Shown here in pieces: positions 1-11,145 of a stretch of 64,000 bases of DNA (positions within the stretch are counted from its first letter, which is position 1; each line of letters begins with the position of its first letter). The translations under genes and the position numbers were made by a program. The notes below the pieces were generated by a model that was not told where the DNA came from, searched no databases, and saw only the letters and a program-made list of their open reading frames with translations. The DNA comes from an uncultured Nitrospinota bacterium (GTDB taxonomy: Bacteria; Nitrospinota; Nitrospinia; Nitrospinales; JAJDAT01), in assembly GCA_964570665.1 (NCBI GenBank), contig CAZMZH010000001.1, positions 67,743 through 131,742 on the forward strand, read 5' to 3'.

Positions 1-647
1 CCGTACTCCAAGATACAGGATTCGTCAACGCTCAGATAATCAAAAACCCCTTTGTTGAATACGAAAAAACCGCCATTGATACAACCCGAATGCGTTTGAG
101 GTTTTTCAAAAAAATTAACCACTTGATTGTTTTCTTCGACCAACTCGCCAAACCTGGAAGGCGGATAAACTCCGCTAACCGTAGCTAGTTTTCCATGAGA
201 GCGGTGGAACTCCAGGAGAGCTTTCAGGTCTATTTTAGACAGTCCATCGCCATAAGTCAGAAAGAATAAATCGCTATCAACGTATTTTTCAACTTGCTTA
301 GTCCGCGAACCCGTCATGTTGTTCAAGCCCGTGTTGGCCAAGGTGATATTACAATTTGCCAAGCCTTTATCTTGAGAATGGATTTGGATACCATTCGTCT
401 GTCCAAGACTTACAGTGACATCATTCGACATGTACTCGTAATTAATAAAATAATCTTTAATGATATCCCCTTTGTATCCCAGGCAAATGATAAAGTCGCG
501 GAATCCAAAATGAGAATATATTTTTAGGATATGCCATAAAATAGGATAACCGCCAACTTGCACCATTGGTTTGGGTTTGAACTCTGTTTCTTCTTTCAGT
601 CGAGTTCCCTGACCGCCCGCTAGGATGACTGTTTTGATTTTTTCCAT
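1..647 (-). CDS. rfbF: glucose-1-phosphate cytidylyltransferase (partial; C-terminus lies outside the window)
   Basis: Absent from the ORF track because it is open at the window edge. Hand translation of the minus strand from the ATG (complement of 645-647) gives MEKIKTVILAGGQGTRLKEETEFKPKPMVQVGGYPILWHILKIYSHFGFRDFIICLGYKG... This carries the GGxGTRL nucleotidyltransferase motif and closely resembles RfbF/DdhA. Confidence 0.8.
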   Translation of the reverse strand, partial: MEKIKTVILAGGQGTRLKEETEFKPKPMVQVGGYPILWHILKIYSHFGFRDFIICLGYKGDIIKDYFINYEYMSNDVTVSLGQTNGIQIHSQDKGLANCNITLANTGLNNMTGSRTKQVEKYVDSDLFFLTYGDGLSKIDLKALLEFHRSHGKLATVSGVYPPSRFGELVEENNQVVNFFEKPQTHSGCINGGFFVFNKGVFDYLSVDESCILEY

Positions 648-1348
648 AACTTATAATGTCTGCAGGTTTTAAAATGATAGACGTTTTTAACGAATTCTAG
701 TATCGCCTTGAGAACTGAAACATGCGACGAACCTTGCTCTCGGGCATTGAACGTGACAGGCAGTTCATAAGGATCGACCTTCAAATGATCTGATTTAATC
801 ATTATCTCTGCGTCGACAAACCAATCCTTTGACTGTAAATCCAGTTGTTCGTATAGCTTTCTCGAAAATATTTTTGGGGTTCCATTGATGTCCCTCGTCT
901 TTAACCCAAACAGGTAAGGCACAGTCCAATTATAAACCCGGGTGACCGCCACTCGAAGAAACCCGTCTTTTCTTTCCACTCGGCGGACTTTCACCAGATC
1001 GCGTTCATCATTCAAGGCAAACTGAACGGTCTTTACTACGTCTTCCGCCGTTACTTGACCGTCTCCACAAATAAACCCAACGTGGCTTCCAGTAGAGGAT
1101 TTCAAACCATTGATAATTCCCCAACCGTACCCCTCGTTTTTTTCGATTCGCACTTTTTTGAGCTTGGGATTGCCTGCGATAGCGTTGTCAATTAGAGAAC
1201 CCGTTTTGTCCCACGACCCGTTATCCACTAATACCAATTCATAAGAAATTCCAGCCGACTCAAGCTGATCCACTAATGGATCAATCATGTTCTGAAATGC
1301 TTCTTCTTCGTTATAAAAAGGAATAGCGATCGAAACGGTCACGGGCAA
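620..1348 (-). CDS. family 2 glycosyltransferase, Dpm1/ArnC-like size class
   Basis: 242 aa. IAIPFYNEE...LVLVDNGSWDKT...ICGDGQ is the GT-A/GT2 motif pattern. Its stop overlaps the rfbF start by 28 nt. Confidence 0.75.
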   Translation of the reverse strand: MPVTVSIAIPFYNEEEAFQNMIDPLVDQLESAGISYELVLVDNGSWDKTGSLIDNAIAGNPKLKKVRIEKNEGYGWGIINGLKSSTGSHVGFICGDGQVTAEDVVKTVQFALNDERDLVKVRRVERKDGFLRVAVTRVYNWTVPYLFGLKTRDINGTPKIFSRKLYEQLDLQSKDWFVDAEIMIKSDHLKVDPYELPVTFNAREQGSSHVSVLKAILEFVKNVYHFKTCRHYKLWKKSKQSS

Positions 1349-2197
1349 ACCTACCGCAGTTGAGATAAGAATTTAGATTTGGAAACTATGGCGGTGAAAC
1401 CACGAAAAAAAACTCGAAGCATAAAATTGATTTTCTTGAACAAGTTGTATTGAAATCCTCTTCAGGAACATTATCAGGAAATAAGAGCGAAAATACACAA
1501 TTGCATAATCATTTTATCAAATGAACTGAGTTTATTCTCCCGATTTAACATGGTTTGCGATTGCGAATGATTTCTCAAATTTTTCAGAAAAAGGGGGGGC
1601 CGACTTAGAGTCCAATATTTGTCGAACCTTGAGAGGACTTGGTTAACACAAAGCTCTACTTTTCATAAGTTTATACGCGTTACAGCGGGAAAATGCAACC
1701 GTTTTAACCGTTTAGATTTGTAGATAAAAAGGCTAAAGTGACTGAGAGCTATTTATCAGAATGTTAATTATTTTAAGATCTGGTCATTACGCGCTATATC
1801 CAAAAATTCTTTATGAAAAGCTAGAAAGGCTTCTTTCTGGGAATTAAGCTTGTACTTTTGCCACATATTAGTAAAGTTTTCTTTTAAAAACTACGCATTG
1901 AAATTGGCGTCGCTCGTTGAATCATAAACCTTTTCTGAGATGTTAGTTTTCATTAAAAACACAAAAATATAACTATTTTAAAAGTTGATGAAGGTAAAGA
2001 TTGCTGCAATAAACTAAAGAGAATTAAGCTATCAAAATTTTCTAAATTCCCATAAAAAGTTTTTTTACTCATCTAGATTGCAGGAAATAGAAGTTAGATC
2101 GTTTTATCCCACATTCCATATAGCATTAGGATGGCAACACAAGCGCCTAAGATTATCCTGACCCAAAAACCGTTATCCATATTTTTTCTCAAGGTTA

Positions 2198-2806
2198 TTA
2201 GCGTAATCTTTTCCATCTCGTAATATAAATATCCATCCATTTATTCGCTAAGCTTTGCGCTTCCATAATTTGATCGGGCGTCATTTTTTTCTTCACAAAA
2301 TTGATATTTTTGGTCGCCGCCCTATCTCCTCTGCGTATTGCCAGGTCAAACCACATATACGCCCTTACATAATCGCGAGGCACTCCGATACCTGTCAAAT
2401 ACATCGCGCCAAGGTTGTTCGGAGCGTCAAAGTTATGCCCTTCTGCAGCCTTTCGATACCACTTTACAGCTTGCTTAGAATCTTCGGAGATCCCTTCGCC
2501 CGCTTCGTACATCGCGCCTAAATTATTTTGAGCGTCTGCATTCCCCTGTTCTGCGGCCAATCCGTACCATCTGGCGGCTTCTTTAGAATTGTGAGGAACG
2601 CCTTCTCCCATGTCATACATCACACCCAGGCCATATTGACCGCTAGCGTCATTCTGATCGGCCAAAGCTTTGAACTCCTTAAAAGCGGCTGGATAATCCA
2701 TTCGATCAAAAGCGTCCTTCCCCGCCTGATAATCCGCAAAAACTAAGCATGGAGCGATACATATCGTTATCGCAACTAATACCTCAATACAGTATTTTTT
2801 TTTCAT
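2198..2806 (-). CDS. Sel1-like repeat (SLR) protein with N-terminal signal sequence
   Basis: 202 aa. Hydrophobic N-terminus, then repeated A..WY.KAAEQGN..AQ.NLG.MY..G.GV units, for example AARWYGLAAEQGNADAQNNLGAMYEAGEGI. Confidence 0.8.
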   Translation of the reverse strand: MKKKYCIEVLVAITICIAPCLVFADYQAGKDAFDRMDYPAAFKEFKALADQNDASGQYGLGVMYDMGEGVPHNSKEAARWYGLAAEQGNADAQNNLGAMYEAGEGISEDSKQAVKWYRKAAEGHNFDAPNNLGAMYLTGIGVPRDYVRAYMWFDLAIRRGDRAATKNINFVKKKMTPDQIMEAQSLANKWMDIYITRWKRLR

Positions 2807-2973
2807 AATCGACGTCCCCTTCCTATTTACCTCTAGTCATTATATCTTATAGCTTTTCCTCTCGAAATTAAAAGTTTGGTTGCAAAGAAACAAACCATTT
2901 CCAGCTATCCGAGCAAAAATAATATCAAATCAATAATTATGTTTTTTATTAAACTCTGTTTTTCAATTGTTGA

Positions 2974-3321
2974 TCAAAGAATCTCCAACACTTTCTCGGG
3001 TGGACGCCCTATTGCAGCTCTATCATTGGCAAGAACGATGGGACGTTCTATAAGAATGGGATTTTTAACCATAAAATCTATCAAACTGTCATTAGATAAG
3101 GATGGGTCATCCAAGCGGCATTCAGAATATACCGTTTCTTTTTTGCGCATCAAGTCTCGAGGCGCTAACTCAAGTTTGGCAAGAATCTCTTTAAGCGTTT
3201 CAAGAGTCGGCGGAGTTTTGAGATATTCAATAATGGTCGGGTTGATACCTTGTTTTCCAAGTAATTCTAAAGTCTGACGCGATTTACTACATTTCGGATT
3301 ATGATAAATGGTTACGGACAT
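2974..3321 (-). CDS. arsC: arsenate reductase / ArsC-Spx family protein
   Basis: 115 aa. MSVTIYHNPKCSKSRQTLELL matches the glutaredoxin-type ArsC N-terminus, including the catalytic Cys. LIERPIV lies near the C-terminus. Confidence 0.7.
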   Translation of the reverse strand: MSVTIYHNPKCSKSRQTLELLGKQGINPTIIEYLKTPPTLETLKEILAKLELAPRDLMRKKETVYSECRLDDPSLSNDSLIDFMVKNPILIERPIVLANDRAAIGRPPEKVLEIL

Positions 3322-3440
3322 AAATAAAGAAGCCTCTGTAAATTTAAAATTTTTCTGGTTTATAATCGCCTAGCTGTGGGTTAAAAAAAGTGAGCTCTTG
3401 GCAACTTTGAATATTTCTCAACTCTTTTTATAGTTTGGGA

Positions 3441-5978
3441 TTAATTTCGCAATAATTTCTTCTGAGCAATTCGGATCTTTCCTAAAACCATCCCTCCTTT
3501 TGCATATTCCTGGTAATAACGAGCGTTTTGCTTAAGTGGTTCGGGAAGATTCGCGGTAAAACTCTGGAAAAACGTCATAGGAAATTTTTGGCCTCTGTTA
3601 TCCATCAACAAGTTTTTTGGATTGTTTAATCGCAAGTTAGGATCGGAAGAATAATAAAAATAAAAATTGAGTAATTCTCGTTTCTTCTTTAAAGGTAAAT
3701 TAGATCTGAGTACAGTACAACCTCTAGGGACTCGCATGGGGTTTCCCAGAGGAGCCCCGTCAATGGATAACATATAAAATGGTCGTTCGCCTGGAATCAA
3801 GTAATTGCACATTGGTATGATTATTTCAAGATTGTGGCCAGCTGGGTCGTCCTCAGTATTGACAATGGAAATGGCATGGCTATTTATATCGATTTTAGAA
3901 CCCATTTGAATTGAATCGCCACTCAAAAATATCCATGGCGAAACAGTATGTTTAAACGGTAAAAGAGGCGGTTCTTTAAAAAAGAATATTATCGAAAACC
4001 CAATCAATATAATAGATATGCCAATTTTCCAGGCAAGTCTTTTGGAATTAATTTCGGAAATAAATTCTTTTTTACCTGTGGGATTAATTAGATTGGCTTT
4101 TAAAAATACCAGGTATCTCCTTTCGAACAATATCTTCCATACACCTATGCCAGATAGAATGAGGTTTAGTGGAACGACTGGAGCGCGAAAACGATTAGTG
4201 CCAAATATGAAAATAGAGGTCATGATAGCCTGGCATAAGATCGTCCCGAGGATCAGACTTTTGGGATATCCGGGTAACCTCGCATTCGCTAAAACATAAA
4301 AGGCTCCTATTGCCAAAAAGAAATAAATGTAAAATTGAATTTGAGCCCCATAAAATGATTCCATATTTAAATGTAAAGGGGCAAAATAAACGGCGTCTGG
4401 GTCAAACAGAAAACCTGGAAGTTCCAGCCATAATTTTTCCAATATAGACTGTGTCACTATTAAAGGATTTTCAAACCACACCACCAGACTTTTCCCGGGG
4501 CGGTCAATGGGGTTAAATCCAATGCTTTCCATTGTTTCGACAGGCGGAGACTTTTTGTAAAAAAAAGAAGGAGAATGTCCTTCTTGGGCGTATCTCCCCA
4601 TCCATATCCATTTGCCATTAACGCTGTGAAATATTTGGTTAATTGGCATACATATAAATAAAAAACCTAAAGCGAAAGATAAGAATGTCTTGAGATAAAA
4701 TTTTACTTTTAGCTTTTTCCTGACAATAAAGTAAATCGAGTAAGCCCCCATACCTAACAAAATAGGAAGAGTTTCCTGTCCAAAATAAAACGTGGCGGCC
4801 ATCAAGATTCCCAAAATAAAAAATTTGATGGAGGAAGAATTTTTATAAATTAATACATTCAATAATATCAATAGAGTGAGCGTCAATATCAGCGCCGCAG
4901 ACCGGTTTATGGCAACCGAATAATGAATACATAAGGGATCGGTTGCCGTTAGTATGGCGACAATAATTGCCGCTCGGGAATAATGCAATTCCTTGGCAAT
5001 TTTATATGTCACCCAAGGTAAAGCCGACCCAACAACCGCCTGTGAGTAAAAGATGGACGAAGGTTCCGATCCAAACCATCTAAGAAACCATGATAGATAA
5101 TAGGAATAAAGAGGAGCCTGATAGTAACTCACCTTTTCAAAACTCTCGTTAAAGAAACTTTTCGCAGAGTTTAAATATACCTCGCCGTCGGCGTTGAATA
5201 TGATCAAGCTCTCTCCGCTAAGCGCAAAAAGAGTTGCGTATTTGATTCTAAAAAATAAACCTAAGACCAATACGATGTAAATCGCATAATTGAGAATCAA
5301 AGGCGATCTTGAGAGAGAATAAGAAGGCCGAAGAGCTAATCTAAACCCAGTCCAAACGACCAAAGCCAGTACGAAACAATAAAAATGGGTTACATCTAGA
5401 GGGGAGAAAACAAGAGTTAATGGCGAAAAAATAATAACGAGTTGGAACCATCTGTTTTTTTTAATTTCAAATTTATGAAAAGACTGTAACCAAAAAAAGT
5501 AATACGCCGAAAAAAAAATACCGACGAAAAACTGTCGATACCAGGGTATTAATTCGCCAGGAGGCAACCCACCTGACATTATGGCGAAATCGGGAACGAT
5601 TTCCGTTACATAAGTAGAAAGCAATAAATAAAGATGAAAAATAAAAGCGTATTTAAAAACTAGTTTAGCTTTATGAAAATTGAAAGAAGTCTTAACGAAA
5701 GCATTTTGAACGATTGCAAACCCTATAGTTGTCGCCCAAAAGTAAACGGGAAAGATTATCTTATTAATATTTGCGTACCATTGTTTGATAAAAGCTTGAC
5801 CAAAATGTGTCGAGAAAGCGTCTATCAAAGAGCTTGGAAAAAATTTAAAGAAAAAGTCGCCTTCTAAATACTCCCGAAAAATAACCAGATATCCAGAAAT
5901 AAAAACGTAAAAAATGGTTAAGAATAAGGATATTATTTTATTTTTAGGAACTTTAAAGAAATCATTAGGAAGGATCAT
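3441..5978 (-). CDS. very large polytopic membrane protein, probable GT-C (ArnT/PMT-like) glycosyltransferase with C-terminal extracytoplasmic domain
   Basis: 845 aa with many hydrophobic helices and a roughly 200-aa non-hydrophobic C-terminal domain. Clear paralog of 24427-26838, for example FNPIDRPGKSLVVWFENP vs FNPFDHPGKSLEMFLEDP. The family assignment is inferred from architecture and context. Confidence 0.55.
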   Translation of the reverse strand: MILPNDFFKVPKNKIISLFLTIFYVFISGYLVIFREYLEGDFFFKFFPSSLIDAFSTHFGQAFIKQWYANINKIIFPVYFWATTIGFAIVQNAFVKTSFNFHKAKLVFKYAFIFHLYLLLSTYVTEIVPDFAIMSGGLPPGELIPWYRQFFVGIFFSAYYFFWLQSFHKFEIKKNRWFQLVIIFSPLTLVFSPLDVTHFYCFVLALVVWTGFRLALRPSYSLSRSPLILNYAIYIVLVLGLFFRIKYATLFALSGESLIIFNADGEVYLNSAKSFFNESFEKVSYYQAPLYSYYLSWFLRWFGSEPSSIFYSQAVVGSALPWVTYKIAKELHYSRAAIIVAILTATDPLCIHYSVAINRSAALILTLTLLILLNVLIYKNSSSIKFFILGILMAATFYFGQETLPILLGMGAYSIYFIVRKKLKVKFYLKTFLSFALGFLFICMPINQIFHSVNGKWIWMGRYAQEGHSPSFFYKKSPPVETMESIGFNPIDRPGKSLVVWFENPLIVTQSILEKLWLELPGFLFDPDAVYFAPLHLNMESFYGAQIQFYIYFFLAIGAFYVLANARLPGYPKSLILGTILCQAIMTSIFIFGTNRFRAPVVPLNLILSGIGVWKILFERRYLVFLKANLINPTGKKEFISEINSKRLAWKIGISIILIGFSIIFFFKEPPLLPFKHTVSPWIFLSGDSIQMGSKIDINSHAISIVNTEDDPAGHNLEIIIPMCNYLIPGERPFYMLSIDGAPLGNPMRVPRGCTVLRSNLPLKKKRELLNFYFYYSSDPNLRLNNPKNLLMDNRGQKFPMTFFQSFTANLPEPLKQNARYYQEYAKGGMVLGKIRIAQKKLLRN

Positions 5979-6167
5979 CGAGTATTTTGAAAGTTGATTT
6001 TGAGGGTGGTTTTTTTAAGTGGGCTATTTTATTAAGATTACAAAAAACCATAGCAATAGAATATAATATAAAACTTTGCGAATGTGAAGAATTCTGTAGG
6101 AAACCAAAGAGTAACTTAAAGCGCAGGTTCAGTAATCGGATATAAGATTAGACGATCTTGAGCGCCT

Positions 6168-7109
6168 TTGATTGGATTTATGGGATTTTGGATTGAAAAA
6201 AGAGTTTTGGTAACGGGTGGCGCTGGTTTTTTAGGTTCATTCTTGGTTGAGAAGCTTAAAAAACGAGGTTGTAAAAATGTCTTTGCTCCACGAAGTAAAG
6301 ATTTCGACTTGGTTAACAACAATGCCTGCGTAAAACTTTATAAGGAAACCCGCCCCGATATCGTAATTCATTTAGCCGCCCAAGTTGGAGGAATCGGAGC
6401 CAACCTGGATAATCCCGGAAAGTTTTTTTATGACAACTTGATGATGGGCGCGCAAATGATTGAACAGGGACGGTTGCATGATATAGAAAAATTTGTAACG
6501 ATTGGCACGGTTTGCGCCTATCCTAAAATAGTTTCTATTCCATTTAGAGAAGAAGACCTATGGAATGGGTACCCTGAGGAAACCAACGCTCCATATGGAT
6601 TGGCAAAAAAGATGTTATTGGTCCAGGGTCAAGCTTATCGCCAACAGTATGGCTTGAATGCAATTTATATTTTGCCGGCTAATATGTATGGCCCGAGAGA
6701 TAATTTTGATTTAAGAAATTCTCATGTCATTCCCGCCCTAATTCGAAAGTGCATGAGTTCTCCCGACGAAGATATAACGGTATGGGGAAGCGGAAATCCT
6801 ACGCGAGAGTTTCTTTATGTAGACGACGCTGTCGAAGGCATTTTGCTTGCATCCGAAAAATACAACAAACCCGCCCCCATCAACCTCGGCACTGGAGCGG
6901 AGATCTCTATAAGGGAATTGCTTGACCTTATTATCGAAATTACGGATAGCCGTAGAAAAATCGTTTGGGACAAATCAAAACCAGACGGTCAACCTCGAAG
7001 ATCCCTCGATACTTCCAGGGCGCAAAAGGAATTCGGTTTTCAAGCTCGGGTACCTCTGCGTGAAGGTTTATTGAAAACCGTAGAATGGTACAAGTCGTTT
7101 TATAAGTAA
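6168..7109 (+). CDS. fcl: GDP-L-fucose synthase (GDP-4-keto-6-deoxymannose 3,5-epimerase/4-reductase)
   Basis: 313 aa. [10 protein letters not shown] Rossmann motif, PYGLAKK (YxxxK), [11 protein letters not shown] and [16 protein letters not shown] align well from memory with E. coli Fcl. The start could be the internal M at 6180. Confidence 0.75.
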   Translation: MIGFMGFWIEKRVLVTGGAGFLGSFLVEKLKKRGCKNVFAPRSKDFDLVNNNACVKLYKETRPDIVIHLAAQVGGIGANLDNPGKFFYDNLMMGAQMIEQGRLHDIEKFVTIGTVCAYPKIVSIPFREEDLWNGYPEETNAPYGLAKKMLLVQGQAYRQQYGLNAIYILPANMYGPRDNFDLRNSHVIPALIRKCMSSPDEDITVWGSGNPTREFLYVDDAVEGILLASEKYNKPAPINLGTGAEISIRELLDLIIEITDSRRKIVWDKSKPDGQPRRSLDTSRAQKEFGFQARVPLREGLLKTVEWYKSFYK

Positions 7110-7183
7110 GAAATATCGATATCGCCTCGTTTATTTCGCAAGTCTAAATAATTTTACCCACTCAAGGGAAGTGAGATAAAGAA

Positions 7184-7843
7184 TTGATGAAAGTTTCCAT
7201 AGTAATTCCCTCATTGAATGAGGCTGGTTGTATTGCCCAAACGTTATCTGAAATCCCTAAAGATCTGGCCGATGAAATTATCGTCGTTGACGCAAACTCT
7301 CCTGATGGTACGGCCGATATTGTTCGCCAACTCGGTTATCGAGTGGTTTTGCAAAAGAGCAAAGGGTTTGGCGGAGGATTTGCCGAGGGCATTGAAGCCG
7401 CCACGGGCGATATTGTCATTTTAATGAATGCGGATGGATCGATGGACCCTAAGGATATTCCAGAAATGATCGATAGAGTGAAACAGGGTTACGATTGTGT
7501 TTTTGCGGTTCGCTACGCTCCGGGTTATGGAAGCGAAGACGACGACCTGGTTCACCACGTTGGCAATATGTTGTTCACCTTTCTAGTCAACTTAATTCAC
7601 AAAGTGTTTATTTGGGACGCTCTTTATTTTTTTGTCGCCTTTCGCAGAGACAAAGCTTCCCAGATCAATGCAAAAGCGCTGGGATTTCCATATTGTGTCG
7701 AATTTCCCATTCGAGCGCATAAAGCAGGGCTAAAAATTTCTCAAGTGCCCTCTAAAGAAAGACCTCGCATAGCGGGAGTGTCGAAAGTAAACGCTTTTGT
7801 GGATGGTTTAAAGATATTAAAAATGATTCTACTTGGCCGATAA
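7184..7843 (+). CDS. family 2 glycosyltransferase, Dpm1/ArnC-like
   Basis: 219 aa. VSIVIPSLNE...IIVVDANSPDGT...NADGS are GT2 motifs. Confidence 0.75.
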   Translation: MMKVSIVIPSLNEAGCIAQTLSEIPKDLADEIIVVDANSPDGTADIVRQLGYRVVLQKSKGFGGGFAEGIEAATGDIVILMNADGSMDPKDIPEMIDRVKQGYDCVFAVRYAPGYGSEDDDLVHHVGNMLFTFLVNLIHKVFIWDALYFFVAFRRDKASQINAKALGFPYCVEFPIRAHKAGLKISQVPSKERPRIAGVSKVNAFVDGLKILKMILLGR

Positions 7844-7892
7844 ATAAAACAAAAGCCTTTAAGACCGAAAAGTAGACTTATCTAAAAATAAT

Positions 7893-9479
7893 TTAAGCGG
7901 AGGACCTACTGGGTCTAGCTCTTAAAAATGATCTCGATTTGATTTTAATATCCTTGGGAGGAATAATGGCGTTGTTTCTATCCAAAAAAGTATAAACAAC
8001 TTCTCCAAAAACCGGCGGCAAGAGAGAAAACAAAAGATTTATAAATAAAACAACAGAAATATTAAAAAGGCCAATTATTTCTAACGGTTTAAAATACCAT
8101 TTGGGAGGCAATGCCACCCAGCCCATGCCTTTTTCCCCAGTTAGCATTTTTTTGATTATTTTCCATTGAAAATAATATGTTAAGTTCCGTTTAATAATAT
8201 CCCGTTTTAATTCAAACTCGGATGTCCCCTCGGGAACAAAGGGTAATGGTATTGACGAAAAAATACTGCGAGTGAAAGAAATTGTAGTATTAAAATTTTT
8301 CCATCCTGGAGCTATATATAATCTACCCGTTTGTTTAGCTTGGTCGTAAAGTGGAGTTCCTGGGTAAGGAGTACAATTATTATATTTTACAAACCCCACA
8401 TCCGCCTTCTGAACAACACGGTGCGATTCTTCTCTGTCCTCTTTTGATTCCGTGGGAAATCCATAAATCATTCCAAGAACAACATTTATACCGTATTTTT
8501 TACATAATTCGATTTTTTCTAAGTGTGTCTGGACGGTCTCATCTTTTTGAATCTCTTGAGCTATACGTTCTACGCCCGTTTCCAATCCCATGCTAATAGT
8601 TTTAAAATTGGCGCGCTGTAAATGGGGCATTATCGATTCATAAAGGTTATCCGCGCGGGTTTGGACAGAAAACGCGCACTTTTTATGAAGCCCTTCTTTA
8701 ATAATTCCATCACAAAGATCAATAACTCGTTTTTTATTGGTACTAAAAGTATCGTCATAAAAAACGATATCTTTTTGGCCAAAATCATCAATTAATATTT
8801 TTAAGTTTTCTAAAATTCGGGCAGTGGAATGCCAACGATAAGTAAAACCGGTCAAAATCCTTTGGCTGCAGTAGGAGCACTTATAAGGACATCCTCGTGC
8901 GCCGGTAATAAACCCCATATTATATTTTGGATTATCAAACAATTCATAAGGAATAATTGGCACGTCGTCTAAGTTCTCTAATAAGTCGGCATCCGGATTA
9001 TTAACTATTTTTCCGTCATCATCTAAATAAGAAACTCCTTTTAAGTCTCTCCAATCTTTTCCTTCACGTATTGCAAAATATAATTGCTTTAAAACTTCTT
9101 CTCCTTCCCCGCGAACGACAGCATCTGCAACTCCTAATTCCAAAGGCTCGCCAGGCAATGCAGTAACATGAATCCCGCCATAGATAATAGTGGCATCAGG
9201 GAAAGTTTCTCTCACCAACTCTCCAATTTCATATGACCTTCCAGCTTGGGAAGTCAAAACGGTAATTCCAACTATTAAAGGTTGTTCAAGTCCTTTTGTA
9301 AACTCTAAGATATTATCGGGGGTTATCTTTTGTATTTCTTCGTCAACAATCTTAATATTTTTAACCCCCCACTTCTTTAAATATGCAGCTAAAATTCCAA
9401 TAGCGACTGGAATTCCAACTGGAACATATTTAGACATCATTCCGCCAAAGTTTTCTTGAGCTGGGTTTATGAAAAGCAT
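7893..9479 (-). CDS. B12-binding-domain radical SAM protein (class B type) with C-terminal hydrophobic tail
   Basis: 528 aa. N-terminal Rossmann-like region (VGITVLTSQ...IYGGIH), then GARGCPYKCSYCSQ (CxxxCxxC). Confidence 0.8.
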   Translation of the reverse strand: MLFINPAQENFGGMMSKYVPVGIPVAIGILAAYLKKWGVKNIKIVDEEIQKITPDNILEFTKGLEQPLIVGITVLTSQAGRSYEIGELVRETFPDATIIYGGIHVTALPGEPLELGVADAVVRGEGEEVLKQLYFAIREGKDWRDLKGVSYLDDDGKIVNNPDADLLENLDDVPIIPYELFDNPKYNMGFITGARGCPYKCSYCSQRILTGFTYRWHSTARILENLKILIDDFGQKDIVFYDDTFSTNKKRVIDLCDGIIKEGLHKKCAFSVQTRADNLYESIMPHLQRANFKTISMGLETGVERIAQEIQKDETVQTHLEKIELCKKYGINVVLGMIYGFPTESKEDREESHRVVQKADVGFVKYNNCTPYPGTPLYDQAKQTGRLYIAPGWKNFNTTISFTRSIFSSIPLPFVPEGTSEFELKRDIIKRNLTYYFQWKIIKKMLTGEKGMGWVALPPKWYFKPLEIIGLFNISVVLFINLLFSLLPPVFGEVVYTFLDRNNAIIPPKDIKIKSRSFLRARPSRSSA

Positions 9480-9571
9480 AAATTTTTATTTAAAGTTTAA
9501 GGTTAAATTAAAAATTAGAAGATGTTGTCATTGTATTTTACTAATCTTCTTAACAAACAAAAATACAAAAA

Positions 9572-11038
9572 TTATGTTTGAAAAATCCATCGTCTAAAGA
9601 GAATTTCCGAAATAACGTTTAGAAAGTTTTTAAATATCCGTTTTTTAACGGGATAAACCCTCCAAATACTAATAATTCGACTGGGATTAAAATAGAATTT
9701 AATAAAGGCTGTTTTTTTAATGCGTAATAACTCTTCATCGCTTACAGCGCTTAAATTCATTGAAATATCCCGCGCCCCTCGAAAATTGACTCTGTTTCTG
9801 ATTTCCTCTTCGTAGTTTTCCCTACTGCCATTATACTTGCCAGAGGCGAGAACTTCTTGAACATGCTCTTCATACATAGGCGTTCCAGGAAAGGGGGTCG
9901 TCACATGGAACATAGCAGTATGTAGTTTACTTGAAAGCGCATAACGAACCGTTTTCAACATAGATTCTTTGGTTTCTTCAGGCAATCCGAGCTGAAAAAA
10001 ACCGCTCACAAACATATTCATCTTATCCGCTTTATCAATAATTTCATTCATTCGAATCAAATCGGTCCGTTTTCGCACTAATTTCTGGCCCTCTTCACTT
10101 CCGCTTTCAATACCAAAAGCTATACGATAAACTCCAGCCTTATTAAACAAATCCAATAGTTCATCGTCAACCATCTCGTACTTAATTCCGTTTGGAAAAG
10201 CAATTTTCAAACCAAGGTCTGCTTGGACAAGTTTTCGAAAAACAATTTTGGCGTGCTTAATATAAAAATTAAAAATATCATCTACAATTTCTAATTCTTC
10301 AAACTTATATTTATTTTTTAGCCAAATAATCTCTTCGACAATATTTTCTGGAGATCGACTCCGAAAGTCCTTCCCTAACGTATCGTGGCAGAATACACAC
10401 TTTAATGGGCAGCCCCTAGAAGTCAGAATAGGCATTAAAAGCTTTGATATATATACGGGAGATTGTGAAGTTCGCTTGGGACTTGAGAAGTACCTTTCAA
10501 CTGGAACAAGGTCATAAGCTGGAAAAGGAATTGTGTCTAGATCGTTCATCAAGTCTCTTGGTAAAGTACGGGCCATACTTCCATCAGGTTTGGAATAAAC
10601 AATTCCCGCAACGCTTTCTGGGTCGGCATCTTCTTGTAGCGCTTTGACTAAATGATAGAAGGTTTCTTCCCCTTCGGAAAGAACTCCAAAATCTATATCT
10701 GCTTCCCTTATTAAATCATGAGGATCGGATGTCATACCCGCTCCACCCACTACAATGGGAACCCCAGGGCAAACTCGTTTGATTGCTTTTGCGGCGTCTT
10801 TAATATAAGGAATATGGAAAGAAAGCCCCGTTAACCCAATCAAATCGGGTTCAAATTCCTTAATTTTTGCCGCAACTTCTTGAGAACTCAAGTCGTCCAA
10901 AGGAGCGTCAATCACTAATATTTCAATGCCGGGAATTTTCTTTCTTAAATAGCTCGCAATATAAAGTAAACCTAAAGGCAATATCAATCCCTCAGGATAT
11001 TCACCAGGTCTAACTAGCGCGATCTTTTTCAATACCAT
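9572..11038 (-). CDS. B12-binding-domain radical SAM protein (class B type)
   Basis: 488 aa. IGLTGLSFH...VVGGAG, then SRGCPLKCVFCHD (CxxxCxxC). Confidence 0.8.
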   Translation of the reverse strand: MVLKKIALVRPGEYPEGLILPLGLLYIASYLRKKIPGIEILVIDAPLDDLSSQEVAAKIKEFEPDLIGLTGLSFHIPYIKDAAKAIKRVCPGVPIVVGGAGMTSDPHDLIREADIDFGVLSEGEETFYHLVKALQEDADPESVAGIVYSKPDGSMARTLPRDLMNDLDTIPFPAYDLVPVERYFSSPKRTSQSPVYISKLLMPILTSRGCPLKCVFCHDTLGKDFRSRSPENIVEEIIWLKNKYKFEELEIVDDIFNFYIKHAKIVFRKLVQADLGLKIAFPNGIKYEMVDDELLDLFNKAGVYRIAFGIESGSEEGQKLVRKRTDLIRMNEIIDKADKMNMFVSGFFQLGLPEETKESMLKTVRYALSSKLHTAMFHVTTPFPGTPMYEEHVQEVLASGKYNGSRENYEEEIRNRVNFRGARDISMNLSAVSDEELLRIKKTAFIKFYFNPSRIISIWRVYPVKKRIFKNFLNVISEILFRRWIFQT

Positions 11039-11145
11039 AGGTTTTCCTCTTTACCACCATTATTCGGCCAGTATAAATCTTATCATTTTAACATTGACCG
11101 CTATTTTAAGGTGGCCAAAATACAAAAATTGAATAAATTAATTTG

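Noticed and set aside
620-647. 28-nt overlap of rfbF and the downstream GT2 as a frameshifted fusion or sequencing error
   Set aside because: Both ORFs have their own plausible start and stop and complete domains. A simple overlap of co-transcribed genes is sufficient.
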